Part shown: in pieces, positions 33,616 through 45,033 of the stretch
Layout of the letters: every line of letters begins with the position of its first letter
Position numbering within the stretch: the first letter of the stretch is position 1
Origin: Coprothermobacterota bacterium
GTDB lineage: Bacteria; Coprothermobacterota; Coprothermobacteria; Coprothermobacterales; Coprothermobacteraceae
Direction of reading: 5' to 3'
DNA: 64,000 nucleotides
NCBI GenBank assembly: GCA_036679065.1
Contig: JAZIGN010000003.1
Coordinates: 96,001 to 160,000, forward strand
The notes under the pieces: generated by a model
The model's input: only the letters and a program-made list of their open reading frames with translations
Databases searched by the model: none
Told to the model about the DNA's origin: nothing
Position numbers and translations under genes: made by a program

Positions 33616-34113
33616 ATGAAGGTGTTTCTTTTTAAGGGGGATTTAACTACCCTGGACGTAGATGCCGTGGTGAACGCAGCAAACGGTATAGGGCCCATGG
33701 GAGGTGGCGTTGCATACGCCATTAAAAAGGTAGGCGGGCATGAAATTGAACAAGAAGCCATAAAGCGCTGTCAAGAAGAAGGTCCGTTTAAGCCTGGGCA
33801 GGTTTACGTAACCACTGGCGGGAGTAGGTGGAAATACGTCATTCACGCTGTAACCATGATGTACCCTGCTGAACCTGCCGATTATGATTCCGCAGGTGAA
33901 GCATTAGCAAAAGCCATTAAGAAAGCCGTCGATCTAGGTGTAACAAGCGTGGCAGTGCCTGCATTAGGTATGGGCGTAGGGGGACTTGAGCCAAGGGCAC
34001 TGGCACAGGTTTATGCAAATGTATTCAAGCGCTTGAAAGATGAGCCCCTAAACATCGTGGTCTCAGCTTTCGACAAAACCTTTCTGATGGAGCTTATCAG
34101 TGCGCTGGATTAG
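33616..34113 (+). CDS. Macrodomain (ADP-ribose-binding/hydrolase) protein
   Basis: GDLT..VDAVVNAAN..MGGGVAYAI, VIHAV and PALGMGVGG. Confidence 0.92.
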   Translation: MKVFLFKGDLTTLDVDAVVNAANGIGPMGGGVAYAIKKVGGHEIEQEAIKRCQEEGPFKPGQVYVTTGGSRWKYVIHAVTMMYPAEPADYDSAGEALAKAIKKAVDLGVTSVAVPALGMGVGGLEPRALAQVYANVFKRLKDEPLNIVVSAFDKTFLMELISALD

Positions 34114-35158
34114 CTTGGTACTAATAGTTGTTCTGCTATTGGGTGGTGGTTATTTTTACTGGCAGCGTGTAGAAAGCAGTAAAGTTGTTTATGTATTTTT
34201 GCCAGAAGTGCCCAGTGCCACCATTGTCCCTTGGACTGCAATAACCCCAGCAGATAGAACTGTGCTATATAACACAAGAAGAACACTGTTTAAATACGGC
34301 AAACCTAGCGCAAATGACGCGAGCTGGGAAGAACAAGCAGTCCCCGATTTAGCCCTCAGTGCAACTTCCACCGACAACATACACTGGACCATCAGTCTTA
34401 AATCAGACATCATTACTGCAACCCAAATCATAAGCGTTTGGAGTGAAACACTTAAAAATGGTGATCCTACCGTAGTTGGTAAGCTCTTTTACTACATTGA
34501 AGGTGGGCAAAGCTACAAAAACAACACAGGTCCTTTTAAGGGGCTTTCAGCCGAGACACCAAGCACCCTTCATGTGGTCACAGCATTTCCCCTTAACCTT
34601 CCCCTGTTACTAGCTGACCCCGTATTTTCCGCATCAGCAACAACGGACATAACGTATGAAAATGGTGTTCTTTTGAAGGGTGAAATGCGGATCATATTTA
34701 CCAACGAACCTGAGAAAGCTGACATAGCATGGCTTGAAGAAGGTACTGATCATTTCTCTGGAACCTTTGACTACGCTGTCTCTTCCACGGTTTTGCCCAC
34801 AGTTTCTACCACCTCATTGTGTCTTAACGTTCCTTTGGCAGACCTTAGCCAAGTACAAATACTGACTCCAACGGTGTTTTATGTGCCGCCTCAGAGACCA
34901 TCTGAGGGCAAAGTTAGTTTATACCCATGGCAGTTGGATTACCCAAGTGAGGAAGCGTTTAAGTTGGGCATGGCAGTGCTACTTAATGATCCCAAAGTGG
35001 CATCAGCAACTCAAAGCTTAAGCGAACTCATGGATAAAAACCACATTTACGTGGCTAATCCGCAGTGCTTCAATCTGAAAATGAGCTCACGCATAAAGAA
35101 TTTAGAAACACACTTGGACATATTGGATTTTACGGAAATGACAAAGAAGGTGTGGTGA
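34100..35158 (+). CDS. Membrane-anchored protein with divergent family-5 solute-binding-like N-terminal region
   Basis: N-terminal TM helix; VPDLALSATSTDNIHWTISLK resembles the SBP-5 signature. Confidence 0.5.
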   Translation: MRWISLVLIVVLLLGGGYFYWQRVESSKVVYVFLPEVPSATIVPWTAITPADRTVLYNTRRTLFKYGKPSANDASWEEQAVPDLALSATSTDNIHWTISLKSDIITATQIISVWSETLKNGDPTVVGKLFYYIEGGQSYKNNTGPFKGLSAETPSTLHVVTAFPLNLPLLLADPVFSASATTDITYENGVLLKGEMRIIFTNEPEKADIAWLEEGTDHFSGTFDYAVSSTVLPTVSTTSLCLNVPLADLSQVQILTPTVFYVPPQRPSEGKVSLYPWQLDYPSEEAFKLGMAVLLNDPKVASATQSLSELMDKNHIYVANPQCFNLKMSSRIKNLETHLDILDFTEMTKKVW

Positions 35159-35165
35159 ACCATTC

Positions 35166-35570
35166 ATGTCAAAGTACGAAGGGCGCAGAGCCAGTGAAGA
35201 CGATGTGGTTGATCTCGCCCAATGGGCTCCTTATCCGCCCAACAGAAGAACATCTTTTATTCAAAGCCTGCTTAACTATGTCAGGGTGCCTTACACCCGA
35301 GTAGTCGTTGTTGAAAAAGAAGGTGCACTGGTTGCATTTGCCCTACTTTGGCTAAAGCACTCCGCAGTCACACAAACCATTACTGCAGAAATAAAAGATC
35401 TCGTACTAAAAGAACCTTCGGACAGAGAAGCCTTGCAAGTGCTCCTTGATACATGTGAACAAACGGTGAAAAACATGGGGGCATCAGAAATAGAACTTTA
35501 TTGCGAAAGTTTGGATTTACATGAATTTGGTTATAATACCTTTAGTAGTTTTTGGAGGAAAGGGGTGTAA
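35166..35570 (+). CDS. GNAT-like acetyltransferase
   Basis: Pattern VVVEKEGALVAF...AEIKDLVL...LLDTCEQTVKNMGASEIEL..FGY. Confidence 0.65.
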   Translation: MSKYEGRRASEDDVVDLAQWAPYPPNRRTSFIQSLLNYVRVPYTRVVVVEKEGALVAFALLWLKHSAVTQTITAEIKDLVLKEPSDREALQVLLDTCEQTVKNMGASEIELYCESLDLHEFGYNTFSSFWRKGV

Positions 35571-35576
35571 GTTAGC

Positions 35577-36056
35577 ATGGAAAACAAAGAAATGACTGCG
35601 AAGGAAGCTCTTAGTTATGCCATCCACGCCGAAATTGAGGCTAACGAGTTTTACTTAGAATGGTCAATTAATACTAACGATCCGGCAGCCAAGAAAGAAC
35701 TGCAAGAGCTTGCAGACTGGGAGGCACAGCACCGCGACCAACTAACAAACATTTATGAAAGCCGATTCAGTGAAAAATTCCAGAGAAACCCCAACGTCAC
35801 TGTGGAACCCGCGTTAAAAGTTAAGGCTGACGAGTTCAAAGATGTGTACAATGTACTGCGCATCGCCTCCACTGCTTATCTTACTGAGCTCACCTCTGCC
35901 GAGTTTTACAGCGACATGGCAAAAAAGTTCGCCGACGATGAGGAGCTTAGTAAAACCTTCAGTGACCTTGCGGACATGGAAAAAAGCCATATGCAGCTCA
36001 TGCTAAAGCGTTACCTAAGACTTAAAGAGGACTTATCTGGTCCGCTAATGTTGTAA
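35577..36056 (+). CDS. Rubrerythrin/ferritin-like di-iron protein
   Basis: Two repeats of E..A.EFY...LA..E..H. Confidence 0.88.
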   Translation: MENKEMTAKEALSYAIHAEIEANEFYLEWSINTNDPAAKKELQELADWEAQHRDQLTNIYESRFSEKFQRNPNVTVEPALKVKADEFKDVYNVLRIASTAYLTELTSAEFYSDMAKKFADDEELSKTFSDLADMEKSHMQLMLKRYLRLKEDLSGPLML

Positions 36057-36539
36057 CCTCTCATCGCAGTGCACAGGGCGAACTTCAACATAGCAGATGA
36101 GCTATGATTCTGAGAAAAACCCGTTCTGGAACATGTACGTTATAAACACGTCAAAAAGATGAGAAATAGGCCGTTCTGAGCAAAAATGGGTCTGATAAAT
36201 CCACGTTTCTTAGGGACATGTTTTTGAGCCATAAAGAATGTTCAACCAAATGAAACATTACTGCAAAAGCTAACAAGGAACCACTCTGTAGGAAGCCGCT
36301 GTATGGTTAACAACGCTCTAGGCAAGCATATAAGCGTTTAGGGAGCCTACTAAAGCGTGCGTGGAGTGTTTTACTTTAGTCTGCCCTAAGAACCATTACA
36401 CGAGCTCACCGCGATTTTGCTTTCACAGGAGCTTCGTTACCCATGAAGAGCACGTCACGTTCGAGGGAGAAAAAACTTGCTTCCCACAAGAGCCTGGTTT
36501 GATTTATCGCAAATTAGCTTTTTTATACATCTTATTAGT

Positions 36540-36571
36540 AAAAAAGCAGCGGCGCTTTCTGCACCGCTGCT
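36540..36571 (-). terminator. Terminator of the guaB-guaA operon
   Basis: Minus strand AGCAGCGGTGC-agaaa-GCGCCGCTGCT followed by a T run. Confidence 0.8.
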
Positions 36572-36598
36572 CCCTTTTCTACGTTGTCATAACGTGTC

Positions 36599-38134
36599 CT
36601 ATTCCCATTCAATGGTTCCAGGTGGCTTTGAAGTGATGTCATAAACTACCCTGGAAATCTCTGGAATTTCGCTAATAAGCGAACTGGCGATCTTGTCTAA
36701 AAGCTCGGGTGGAGCTTTGTACCAGTCAGCCGTCATGGCATCCACACTTTGCACCATTCTAACAGCAAGTACCCATCCGTAATGGCGCGCATCACCTTTT
36801 ACACCCACACTTTTCACACCCGTGAACACCGGAAATGCCTGCCAAAGTTCATTGTAGACGCCTTCCTCTTTAAGCACACGCTCTAAAACGCTGTGAGCTC
36901 TACGCAAAATGTCTAAGTACTCTTCCTTCACAGGGCCTATAGTACGTACAGCCAGCCCTGGACCAGGAAATGGGTGGCGCATCAGAAAGTCCTCAGGAAT
37001 GCCAAGCCACCTTCCCATGTTCCTAACCTCATCCTTATAAAGCCACCTTAAAGGCTCTAGCAGCTTCAGTCCCAAACTCTGGGGCAAACCGCCAACATTA
37101 TGATGGGATTTTATGACACTGGCACTGCCTTCTCCGCTCTCTATCACATCGGGATAAAGGGTCCCCTGGAGCAGGAAATCGAAATGCCCCAAGTTTCGAG
37201 CTTCTTCTTCAAACACTTGAATGAACAGATTTCCTATGATTTTTCTCTTTTGCTCAGGGTCGATAACGCCTTCTAAGGCTTTTAAGAATCGCTCCTTTGC
37301 ATCCACCACTTTTATCTTTAAGCCCAGGTGTTTACTCAAATTTCTAACGTGTGCTTCATCTTCAGCACGCTGCAGCCCAGTATCAATGTAGAGGCACTGT
37401 AGTCTACCGCAGCCCAGTGCCCTGTGGGTGAGCACTGCCGCAACAGCGGAGTCCACACCGCCACTGAGCGCGCCAAGTACCATGCCGTTTTCTCCCACAG
37501 TTTCCCTAATCTCCCTTATGGCTTCACTGACATAGTCTGTTATGTTCCAGTTCACTTCAGCTTTGGCCACACCAAAGACAAAGTTCTTTAATAGGGCATT
37601 CCCAAACTGCGTATGAGCCACCTCAGGGTGAAACTGCACAGCATAAAACAAAGGTTCCTTTTGGAATGCTGCTAAAGGGCAATGCTCCGTGCTTGCACTT
37701 ACTTCAAACTCGCTGGGCAACTCCACTACTTGGTCTCCGTGGCTCATCCAAACATCCTGCGCAGTTGGAGTGCCAGTGAAAAGTGGCTCAGAGTTTTTTA
37801 CAGCAAGGTTGGTTCTACCGTATTCACCACCAGGGGCAGGGCCCACCTTGCCACCAAGCAAATGTGCCATGAGCTGGGCACCGTAGCAGATGCCTAGCAC
37901 GGGTTTGGTAACGTTGCTGAAAAACTCAGCTGGCAACTGAGGTGCGTTTTCGTCATAAACTGAGGCAGGACCTCCAGAAAGCACAACGGCTTTCACCAAG
38001 GGGTCGTCAAGTACTTCCTGCCACCGCCAATAAGGAACAATCTCTGCGTAAACACCTAAATCCCTGATGCGCCGACTTATCAGGTGCGCATACTGCCCTC
38101 CAAAATCAATAACAGCTACTCCTTCTCGTTTCAT
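36599..38134 (-). CDS. guaA: GMP synthase (glutamine-hydrolysing)
   Basis: DFGGQY, GICYG, QFHPE, SGGVDS, QGTLYPDVIES and KPPGTIEWE. Confidence 0.98.
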   Translation of the reverse strand: MKREGVAVIDFGGQYAHLISRRIRDLGVYAEIVPYWRWQEVLDDPLVKAVVLSGGPASVYDENAPQLPAEFFSNVTKPVLGICYGAQLMAHLLGGKVGPAPGGEYGRTNLAVKNSEPLFTGTPTAQDVWMSHGDQVVELPSEFEVSASTEHCPLAAFQKEPLFYAVQFHPEVAHTQFGNALLKNFVFGVAKAEVNWNITDYVSEAIREIRETVGENGMVLGALSGGVDSAVAAVLTHRALGCGRLQCLYIDTGLQRAEDEAHVRNLSKHLGLKIKVVDAKERFLKALEGVIDPEQKRKIIGNLFIQVFEEEARNLGHFDFLLQGTLYPDVIESGEGSASVIKSHHNVGGLPQSLGLKLLEPLRWLYKDEVRNMGRWLGIPEDFLMRHPFPGPGLAVRTIGPVKEEYLDILRRAHSVLERVLKEEGVYNELWQAFPVFTGVKSVGVKGDARHYGWVLAVRMVQSVDAMTADWYKAPPELLDKIASSLISEIPEISRVVYDITSKPPGTIEWE

Positions 38135-38141
38135 GGCAACG

Positions 38142-39698
<1,557 letters not shown>

Positions 39699-39907
39699 TC
39701 ATAAACAGTTCAGACTGTCACAATTATGCTGGTGCAATGTTACATTGATGCCATACAACCATTGAGTTGCGGTAACATATATGACCCGAATGGTATAGAA
39801 TATGTTTTATACGTAAATACGAAAACGTATGTGGTACGTGTTGTATTTTTTGTATATTTACTAAAAGGTGTGCATGATAACTATAACAGGATTGCGAGGG
39901 CTTTTAG

Positions 39908-42900
39908 GTGTGGTACGATGAAAAAGTTGATCAGATTTTAGGTAATATCGTAGGAAATCGCGTAGGGATATGGGGGCAGCACGGAAGTGGAAAGACATTT
40001 CTTTTAAAGAAACTGCGTTCTAAGTTGGATAAATCTTTTTACGTCCATATACACTCATTCCGCATGCCACTTGGAGAACTTTACTGGAGCGTACTATCTT
40101 CCGATTGGGAACAAGCAAGTCACCTGGATGAGAAATCATGGTCAACGTTTTTAAGATACATTCCCGTGGACGAAGTCCCCATCTCAATAACAGCAAAACC
40201 GAATTATTTAGTGGACATCCAAGCCATAAACAGGGACGTACTTTTAAGTACACTGACGCTGTTAGAAACATATAACATAAAAACACTTCTTTTGGACCAA
40301 CTTGACCCAACCGAGTTAAGCTCCTCAGTTAAACATCTATTGCGTGAATTGGCAAAAGAAGGCATAGCCATTGTTGCTACTTCCACCTACAAAGATGTTT
40401 TTAAAGAGCTTGGTTACCCTGTGGTTCCTATGCGTGACCCAGAGCGTGAACGCGAAGACGCTCTACAGCAGTTCATGGAAGTCTGGAACGACTTGAGCTA
40501 CTCAGATGCCCAGAAACTCGTGGAAATGTCCAAAGGAAATCTGTTCAATGCACAGCTGCTCAAAGAAAGAAACGCGCAAAATCTTGAAGAAGTAATCGTG
40601 GAGGAAAAAGCAAAAAACCCAGAGCTTTTTAATGCTTTGGCTCATCTGTATGTGGGAGACATTTGGTTTAGTCCATCGAGTAAGAAGCTGGTTGAAGAAA
40701 ACATCCTTGATAATGAATGCTCTTTATTGGATTCGCCACTCATAATTCAAGAAGTCCCGCAGTATCGATTTCTTTCGCCAGAAGTAAAAGAAATAATTTG
40801 GAAGCTGAACGAGCTTGACAAAGATTATGTGCACGTGTGGTGGGCTAAGGAACTAAGTAAACTGAACATTCCCACCTACTGGACCCGCATAGCGCATCTG
40901 TTCGCTTTTGGAAAACAGAAGCGCAGTGAAGCTTTTGCGCTTCTCATGGCATCCAGGAAGCAATACAACTATCCAGAGGCAGCATCACTGCTTGAAAAAG
41001 CGCTGGAGCTGTTTCCAGAATTGAATGGTGCAAAACGCAAACTAGCAAACATTTATTACTCGCAGGGAAAATACAAGGAAGCACTTTCCATGCTTCAGCA
41101 GATAAAGTCTCCATCGCTGTTTGACCAGGCGTACAAGGTCAGATTGTACGTGCTGCTGGGAATGAATGAAGAAGCCACCGAACTCGGTGAATTTCTCTTA
41201 AATCAAATTGAGAAAGTGAACAAATTCTATTGGCCCGGCATGCTGTCAGACCTGGCCCCCTATATTATCAACATCAAGAATGAGCCAAGGAAGATTTTTG
41301 ACTACTATGTGCGATTGTACCCAAGTGACTTTGAATCTCCCCGATTACATTGGGGCGCTTTCTTGAACGTAGTTGGGGTCTCCTTAAGTTATTCTCTAAA
41401 ATACGAAGATGCCACTGAGTTTTACCAAGAGTCCATAAAGGTACTTCAAGGAACATCGCGTTTCGAAGTCTTTGCACGGCCAGTCATAAACGAAGCCGCG
41501 GTAAAGACAATCATGCACGGGTCAAAAACTATTTTAGAAAGTAAGGAGCGCCTGGAAAGCCTGATACCCAGTTTATCCAGTGTTGGGCAACGGTCATTTT
41601 GGCAAACATTACTTGATAGTCTCCAAGAATTCATGTCCAGAGGAGCTTTGCAAAAGTATGTCAGGGAACTTGAAGAGTGCACTAGAGTTCTTTTGTCCTC
41701 GACTTATCGCTATGATGGGTACATGACTTTGGCTTGGCACTACACCAGTGTGCTGGACTTCAACCTGGCAGAATGGTTCCTCATTTTGGCATCAAAGAAT
41801 GCGTCTTCAGAAATTGAGGAGTTAAATACCAAAGTTTTATGGACTTACCTAAAACTGCTTGAAGGTAAAGAAGTAGCAAAAAGCGACATTGATACCTTAT
41901 TAAGCCGCTGTATGGAACATCTGGATAAGGGCATTAACGCTAGCAGGTTGGTATCTGTGTTACTCATTACACAGTGTGATTCCATACCACCTCAGCTTCT
42001 TGAACATTTAGATTCCAGTCCGTTCGAGGAATCATTAAGAATGCTTGCCATGAGCCCTGAGAACTGTTCGAACGCGTTTCGCTACATGCTAAGGTTATGG
42101 AGACGTTGGGAACGTCTTTCCATGTCCAATCTTGGCATGATCATGTTTAGAAGATTTTACAATGAAACCGACAAGGCCTTGCTTAAAACGTTGGCTGATT
42201 GGATACTCCAGGAGGTACGTGCACTGGACTACCCACAGCTTACCGCTTATTGGCAAGAAGCATACCAAAGTATTGCTGCTGTTTCTCAATGGAGTAGTTT
42301 ACTAAGCTGGCATCTCAACTTGCAAGAAATATCAAACGTGGAACAGCTCGGTGGTGCCCTGAGCTACATCTTTCAATCATACTTTGGCCGTAACTTTTAT
42401 GCAAAAATTGAAAGCGGAACCTTAAATTTGGAGCTTGGCGATAACAGGGTAGCGAAAAAATGTCAATACTTCATACAAAAAGGTTCTTTAATTCAAATAA
42501 AAGCCTGGTACAACGAACTAACCGACCCCATGGCTCCCCATGTTCTCGATTTGCTCAGCTACAGCCTTGAACAGCTTAACACAAAACTTTTTGGGATGCA
42601 GGACTCTCTAACTGGTTTGTTCAACAGAACCTACGGCAACCAACGTTTGGCAGAGGAGTGGGAACTTTACCTTCGTGGCGGACCACACTTCAGTGTTATG
42701 TTCTTGGACCTGGATAACTTCAAATGGGTAAATGACACTCTTGGACACGAAATGGGCGATAAAGTACTTATGGAGTTTTCCAAATTTCTGCGTTCTTCAC
42801 TCAGGGCGACTGATGTTCCCATAAGATGGGGAGGGGATGAATTCCTGGTTATTCTACCTGGAACTGACACGGAAGAGGCAACTGTCATTTGTGAAAGACT

Positions 42901-43069
42901 CACGAACCAAATGCTTCGCATAAAGAGCCCCCTGGAAAAACCTGTAACTGCCAGCATTGGTTTCGCCTCTATTTCTGAAGCAAACTCCGTCCAACAATTG
43001 GTTGAATTAGCCGATCAGCGCGCTTATTTGGTAAAAGCTGAAAGGAAAAACCGCGTTAGGGAACAGTGA
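39908..43069 (+). CDS. STAND/AAA NTPase-TPR-GGDEF diguanylate cyclase (paralog of 4339..7455)
   Basis: Walker A GQHGSGKT, Walker B-like TLLLDQ, TPR region (LANIYYSQGKYKEAL), DSLTGLFNR and RATD..RWGGDEF. Confidence 0.88.
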   Translation: MWYDEKVDQILGNIVGNRVGIWGQHGSGKTFLLKKLRSKLDKSFYVHIHSFRMPLGELYWSVLSSDWEQASHLDEKSWSTFLRYIPVDEVPISITAKPNYLVDIQAINRDVLLSTLTLLETYNIKTLLLDQLDPTELSSSVKHLLRELAKEGIAIVATSTYKDVFKELGYPVVPMRDPEREREDALQQFMEVWNDLSYSDAQKLVEMSKGNLFNAQLLKERNAQNLEEVIVEEKAKNPELFNALAHLYVGDIWFSPSSKKLVEENILDNECSLLDSPLIIQEVPQYRFLSPEVKEIIWKLNELDKDYVHVWWAKELSKLNIPTYWTRIAHLFAFGKQKRSEAFALLMASRKQYNYPEAASLLEKALELFPELNGAKRKLANIYYSQGKYKEALSMLQQIKSPSLFDQAYKVRLYVLLGMNEEATELGEFLLNQIEKVNKFYWPGMLSDLAPYIINIKNEPRKIFDYYVRLYPSDFESPRLHWGAFLNVVGVSLSYSLKYEDATEFYQESIKVLQGTSRFEVFARPVINEAAVKTIMHGSKTILESKERLESLIPSLSSVGQRSFWQTLLDSLQEFMSRGALQKYVRELEECTRVLLSSTYRYDGYMTLAWHYTSVLDFNLAEWFLILASKNASSEIEELNTKVLWTYLKLLEGKEVAKSDIDTLLSRCMEHLDKGINASRLVSVLLITQCDSIPPQLLEHLDSSPFEESLRMLAMSPENCSNAFRYMLRLWRRWERLSMSNLGMIMFRRFYNETDKALLKTLADWILQEVRALDYPQLTAYWQEAYQSIAAVSQWSSLLSWHLNLQEISNVEQLGGALSYIFQSYFGRNFYAKIESGTLNLELGDNRVAKKCQYFIQKGSLIQIKAWYNELTDPMAPHVLDLLSYSLEQLNTKLFGMQDSLTGLFNRTYGNQRLAEEWELYLRGGPHFSVMFLDLDNFKWVNDTLGHEMGDKVLMEFSKFLRSSLRATDVPIRWGGDEFLVILPGTDTEEATVICERLTNQMLRIKSPLEKPVTASIGFASISEANSVQQLVELADQRAYLVKAERKNRVREQ

Positions 43070-43478
43070 CCTGTGTTAGCTCCTCATCAGTAAGCACTTT
43101 TTTAAGATCCAGCACCAGCACAATGTCGCCATTATGGAGAAAGCTACCGACTAGGAACCTCTTCACTTCTTCAGGAAGTTCCATGGGAAGAGGCTTTAGT
43201 TCCGCCACGTCTTCAATGTTTCTTACATTGTCTACCAAAAAGCCAACGGGACGCTCGCTGTCCAAAACCAGTATTTTGTCCCCCTGACTGGGGTTTGCCT
43301 GCAATCTCAGACCCAGATCAATAACAGGTAAAAGCTGCCCCCTGAGTGCCATCACGCCGAGCAGCCAAGGTTGCGCCCCTGGTATGGACCTTAGGTCTTC
43401 CTTCAAAACGATTTCCTTCACACTAAGCAGTTCACTGGCATAAATCCGATCGCCCAAATCGTAAGTTATGTAACGCAC
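43056..43478 (-). CDS. cheW: Chemotaxis coupling protein CheW (orphan)
   Basis: VKEIV, IPGAQPWLLGVMALRGQLLPVIDL and GFLVD. Confidence 0.93.
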   Translation of the reverse strand: MRYITYDLGDRIYASELLSVKEIVLKEDLRSIPGAQPWLLGVMALRGQLLPVIDLGLRLQANPSQGDKILVLDSERPVGFLVDNVRNIEDVAELKPLPMELPEEVKRFLVGSFLHNGDIVLVLDLKKVLTDEELTQVTVP

Positions 43479-43626
43479 CTCAAGACACCTCCTAAAAGCC
43501 TATATACATGCGAAAGATCTCGTGGAAACAGTATGTAGCACCACACCTAAATTCTAAAACACCACTCCCGTACCTTGACTTATTGAAAATCTTTTATAAG
43601 GATACATTGGCACAGGCTTTATTACT

Positions 43627-45033
43627 TCATGGGCTTTGCTTCTGCCAGTAGAAAATTTGAACATTGTTTATGGTTGCAGGCTTTGTATTGTCGATAGGGT
43701 CTATATAGAAAGTAATGCTCAAATCTTGAGGAGGCAAGTTATACTGCCTAAGGCTAATCTTCAAAGGGTTCGCAGGACCAGTAGCGTGGAACACGTAAGC
43801 CTTACTCGCACTCACAACTTCAACCGTCACAGAGGCGTTTTCGGACAAATCAAAGGTTATGGAATCCCAAGCGAGTAACCCGTCAACAGCCTCTTGGTAA
43901 ACTAGAAGTGTGTAAGGTTCGTAAAAGGTGTTGGTAACAGTAACTTCCTCTGTAGTCGCAGGAATGTCTTTAGTCACTTCTCCAGAACTGCCTGGTATGT
44001 AGATGCGAACCCATTGGTTAGCTGGATCTGTCCCATCTAAAAACTTAATTGACAACCTTAAATTCCAAGCTGCTTTTTTTTCCACCCATGCTGAAAGCTT
44101 ATATTGATATACTACAGTGGCGCTACTAGAACCAACAGGGAATAGAAAAGATCCGCCGTTTCCTTTTCCTGAATACTTTTCTATTGTAGCGGTAGTGGAA
44201 GTCGGTGGCAAAAATACAGGATTACCATTAATCCCATTCGTAACCTTACTATCACATACCTCCCGTAATGATGGTGGCGGATCAGTTGTTTCCGTTTTCT
44301 TTGGCTTCTTATTTTCGAAGGCTACATAGCTGTATTCTTTATCCTTGCCGTGTGGATCCCGATTGTTAGGGTCACGATCAGTATTTCCGGGTATGGCGAT
44401 GATAATATAGTTTTCGTCGTTAGTAGCGGACGGAACCCAAAACGTTAGTCCGTAGTTAATGATGCCGTCATCACCTGCTCTTACTTCCATGTACTGATCA
44501 CCGTAGACGACTGTGTCGTTAGTTGCATCGTCATCCAAGACAGGAATGCATGTTCTCTGATCCCAAATAGTTGAACCAGTGAACTGGAGTACGGTGGTCG
44601 AAGTGGTAGGGGTTATAACTACAGTAGAAGCAGTTGTCGATGTGCTGGAAGTTGCCGCAATTTCCTCAGGGCCGGTTTTTGACGACAAATTTCCAAGCCC
44701 CACGCCCACGTCTGCATACAATGTGTCAATGGCGTAGGAGTATCCCTTACTGCTCACCGTGGCACTGTATTTAACGAGCCCCTCAGAAAGCTCGAAAGCA
44801 CCTGTGGTAGTAGTATCAGCCAGCTCCTGGTAAAGGCTGGTTGCTGAAACCTGACCATTCAGCGCAGCCTGGCCCACTGATGGCAGGTTAAGGTCAATCT
44901 CTGTCTGGAATGATTGCCTGTTTATGTTTGAAAAAGCAGGTAGTGTACCAGCAGCTAAAACGGCAACTATGACAAAAGCAATGACCACTTCCATGAGAGT
45001 AAAACCTTTCATGTTTCTACGCATTCTGCTCAC
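43627..45033 (-). CDS. Large prepilin-type protein (pilin N-terminus plus ~400-aa Thr/Ser-rich beta domain; possible tip adhesin)
   Basis: Type III signal KG-FTLMEVVIAFVIV. Confidence 0.8.
   Translation of the reverse strand: MSRMRRNMKGFTLMEVVIAFVIVAVLAAGTLPAFSNINRQSFQTEIDLNLPSVGQAALNGQVSATSLYQELADTTTTGAFELSEGLVKYSATVSSKGYSYAIDTLYADVGVGLGNLSSKTGPEEIAATSSTSTTASTVVITPTTSTTVLQFTGSTIWDQRTCIPVLDDDATNDTVVYGDQYMEVRAGDDGIINYGLTFWVPSATNDENYIIIAIPGNTDRDPNNRDPHGKDKEYSYVAFENKKPKKTETTDPPPSLREVCDSKVTNGINGNPVFLPPTSTTATIEKYSGKGNGGSFLFPVGSSSATVVYQYKLSAWVEKKAAWNLRLSIKFLDGTDPANQWVRIYIPGSSGEVTKDIPATTEEVTVTNTFYEPYTLLVYQEAVDGLLAWDSITFDLSENASVTVEVVSASKAYVFHATGPANPLKISLRQYNLPPQDLSITFYIDPIDNTKPATINNVQIFYWQKQSP

Noticed and set aside
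36361..36636. 91-aa ORF in the ferritin-guaA gap
   Set aside because: It runs through the guaA terminator and into guaA, and has no recognisable protein features.
39789..39818. dif-like site (AATGGTATAGAA-TATGTT-TTATACGTAAAT)
   Set aside because: The XerD arm deviates in sequence and length from TTATGTTAAAT; it is more simply AT-rich promoter DNA.
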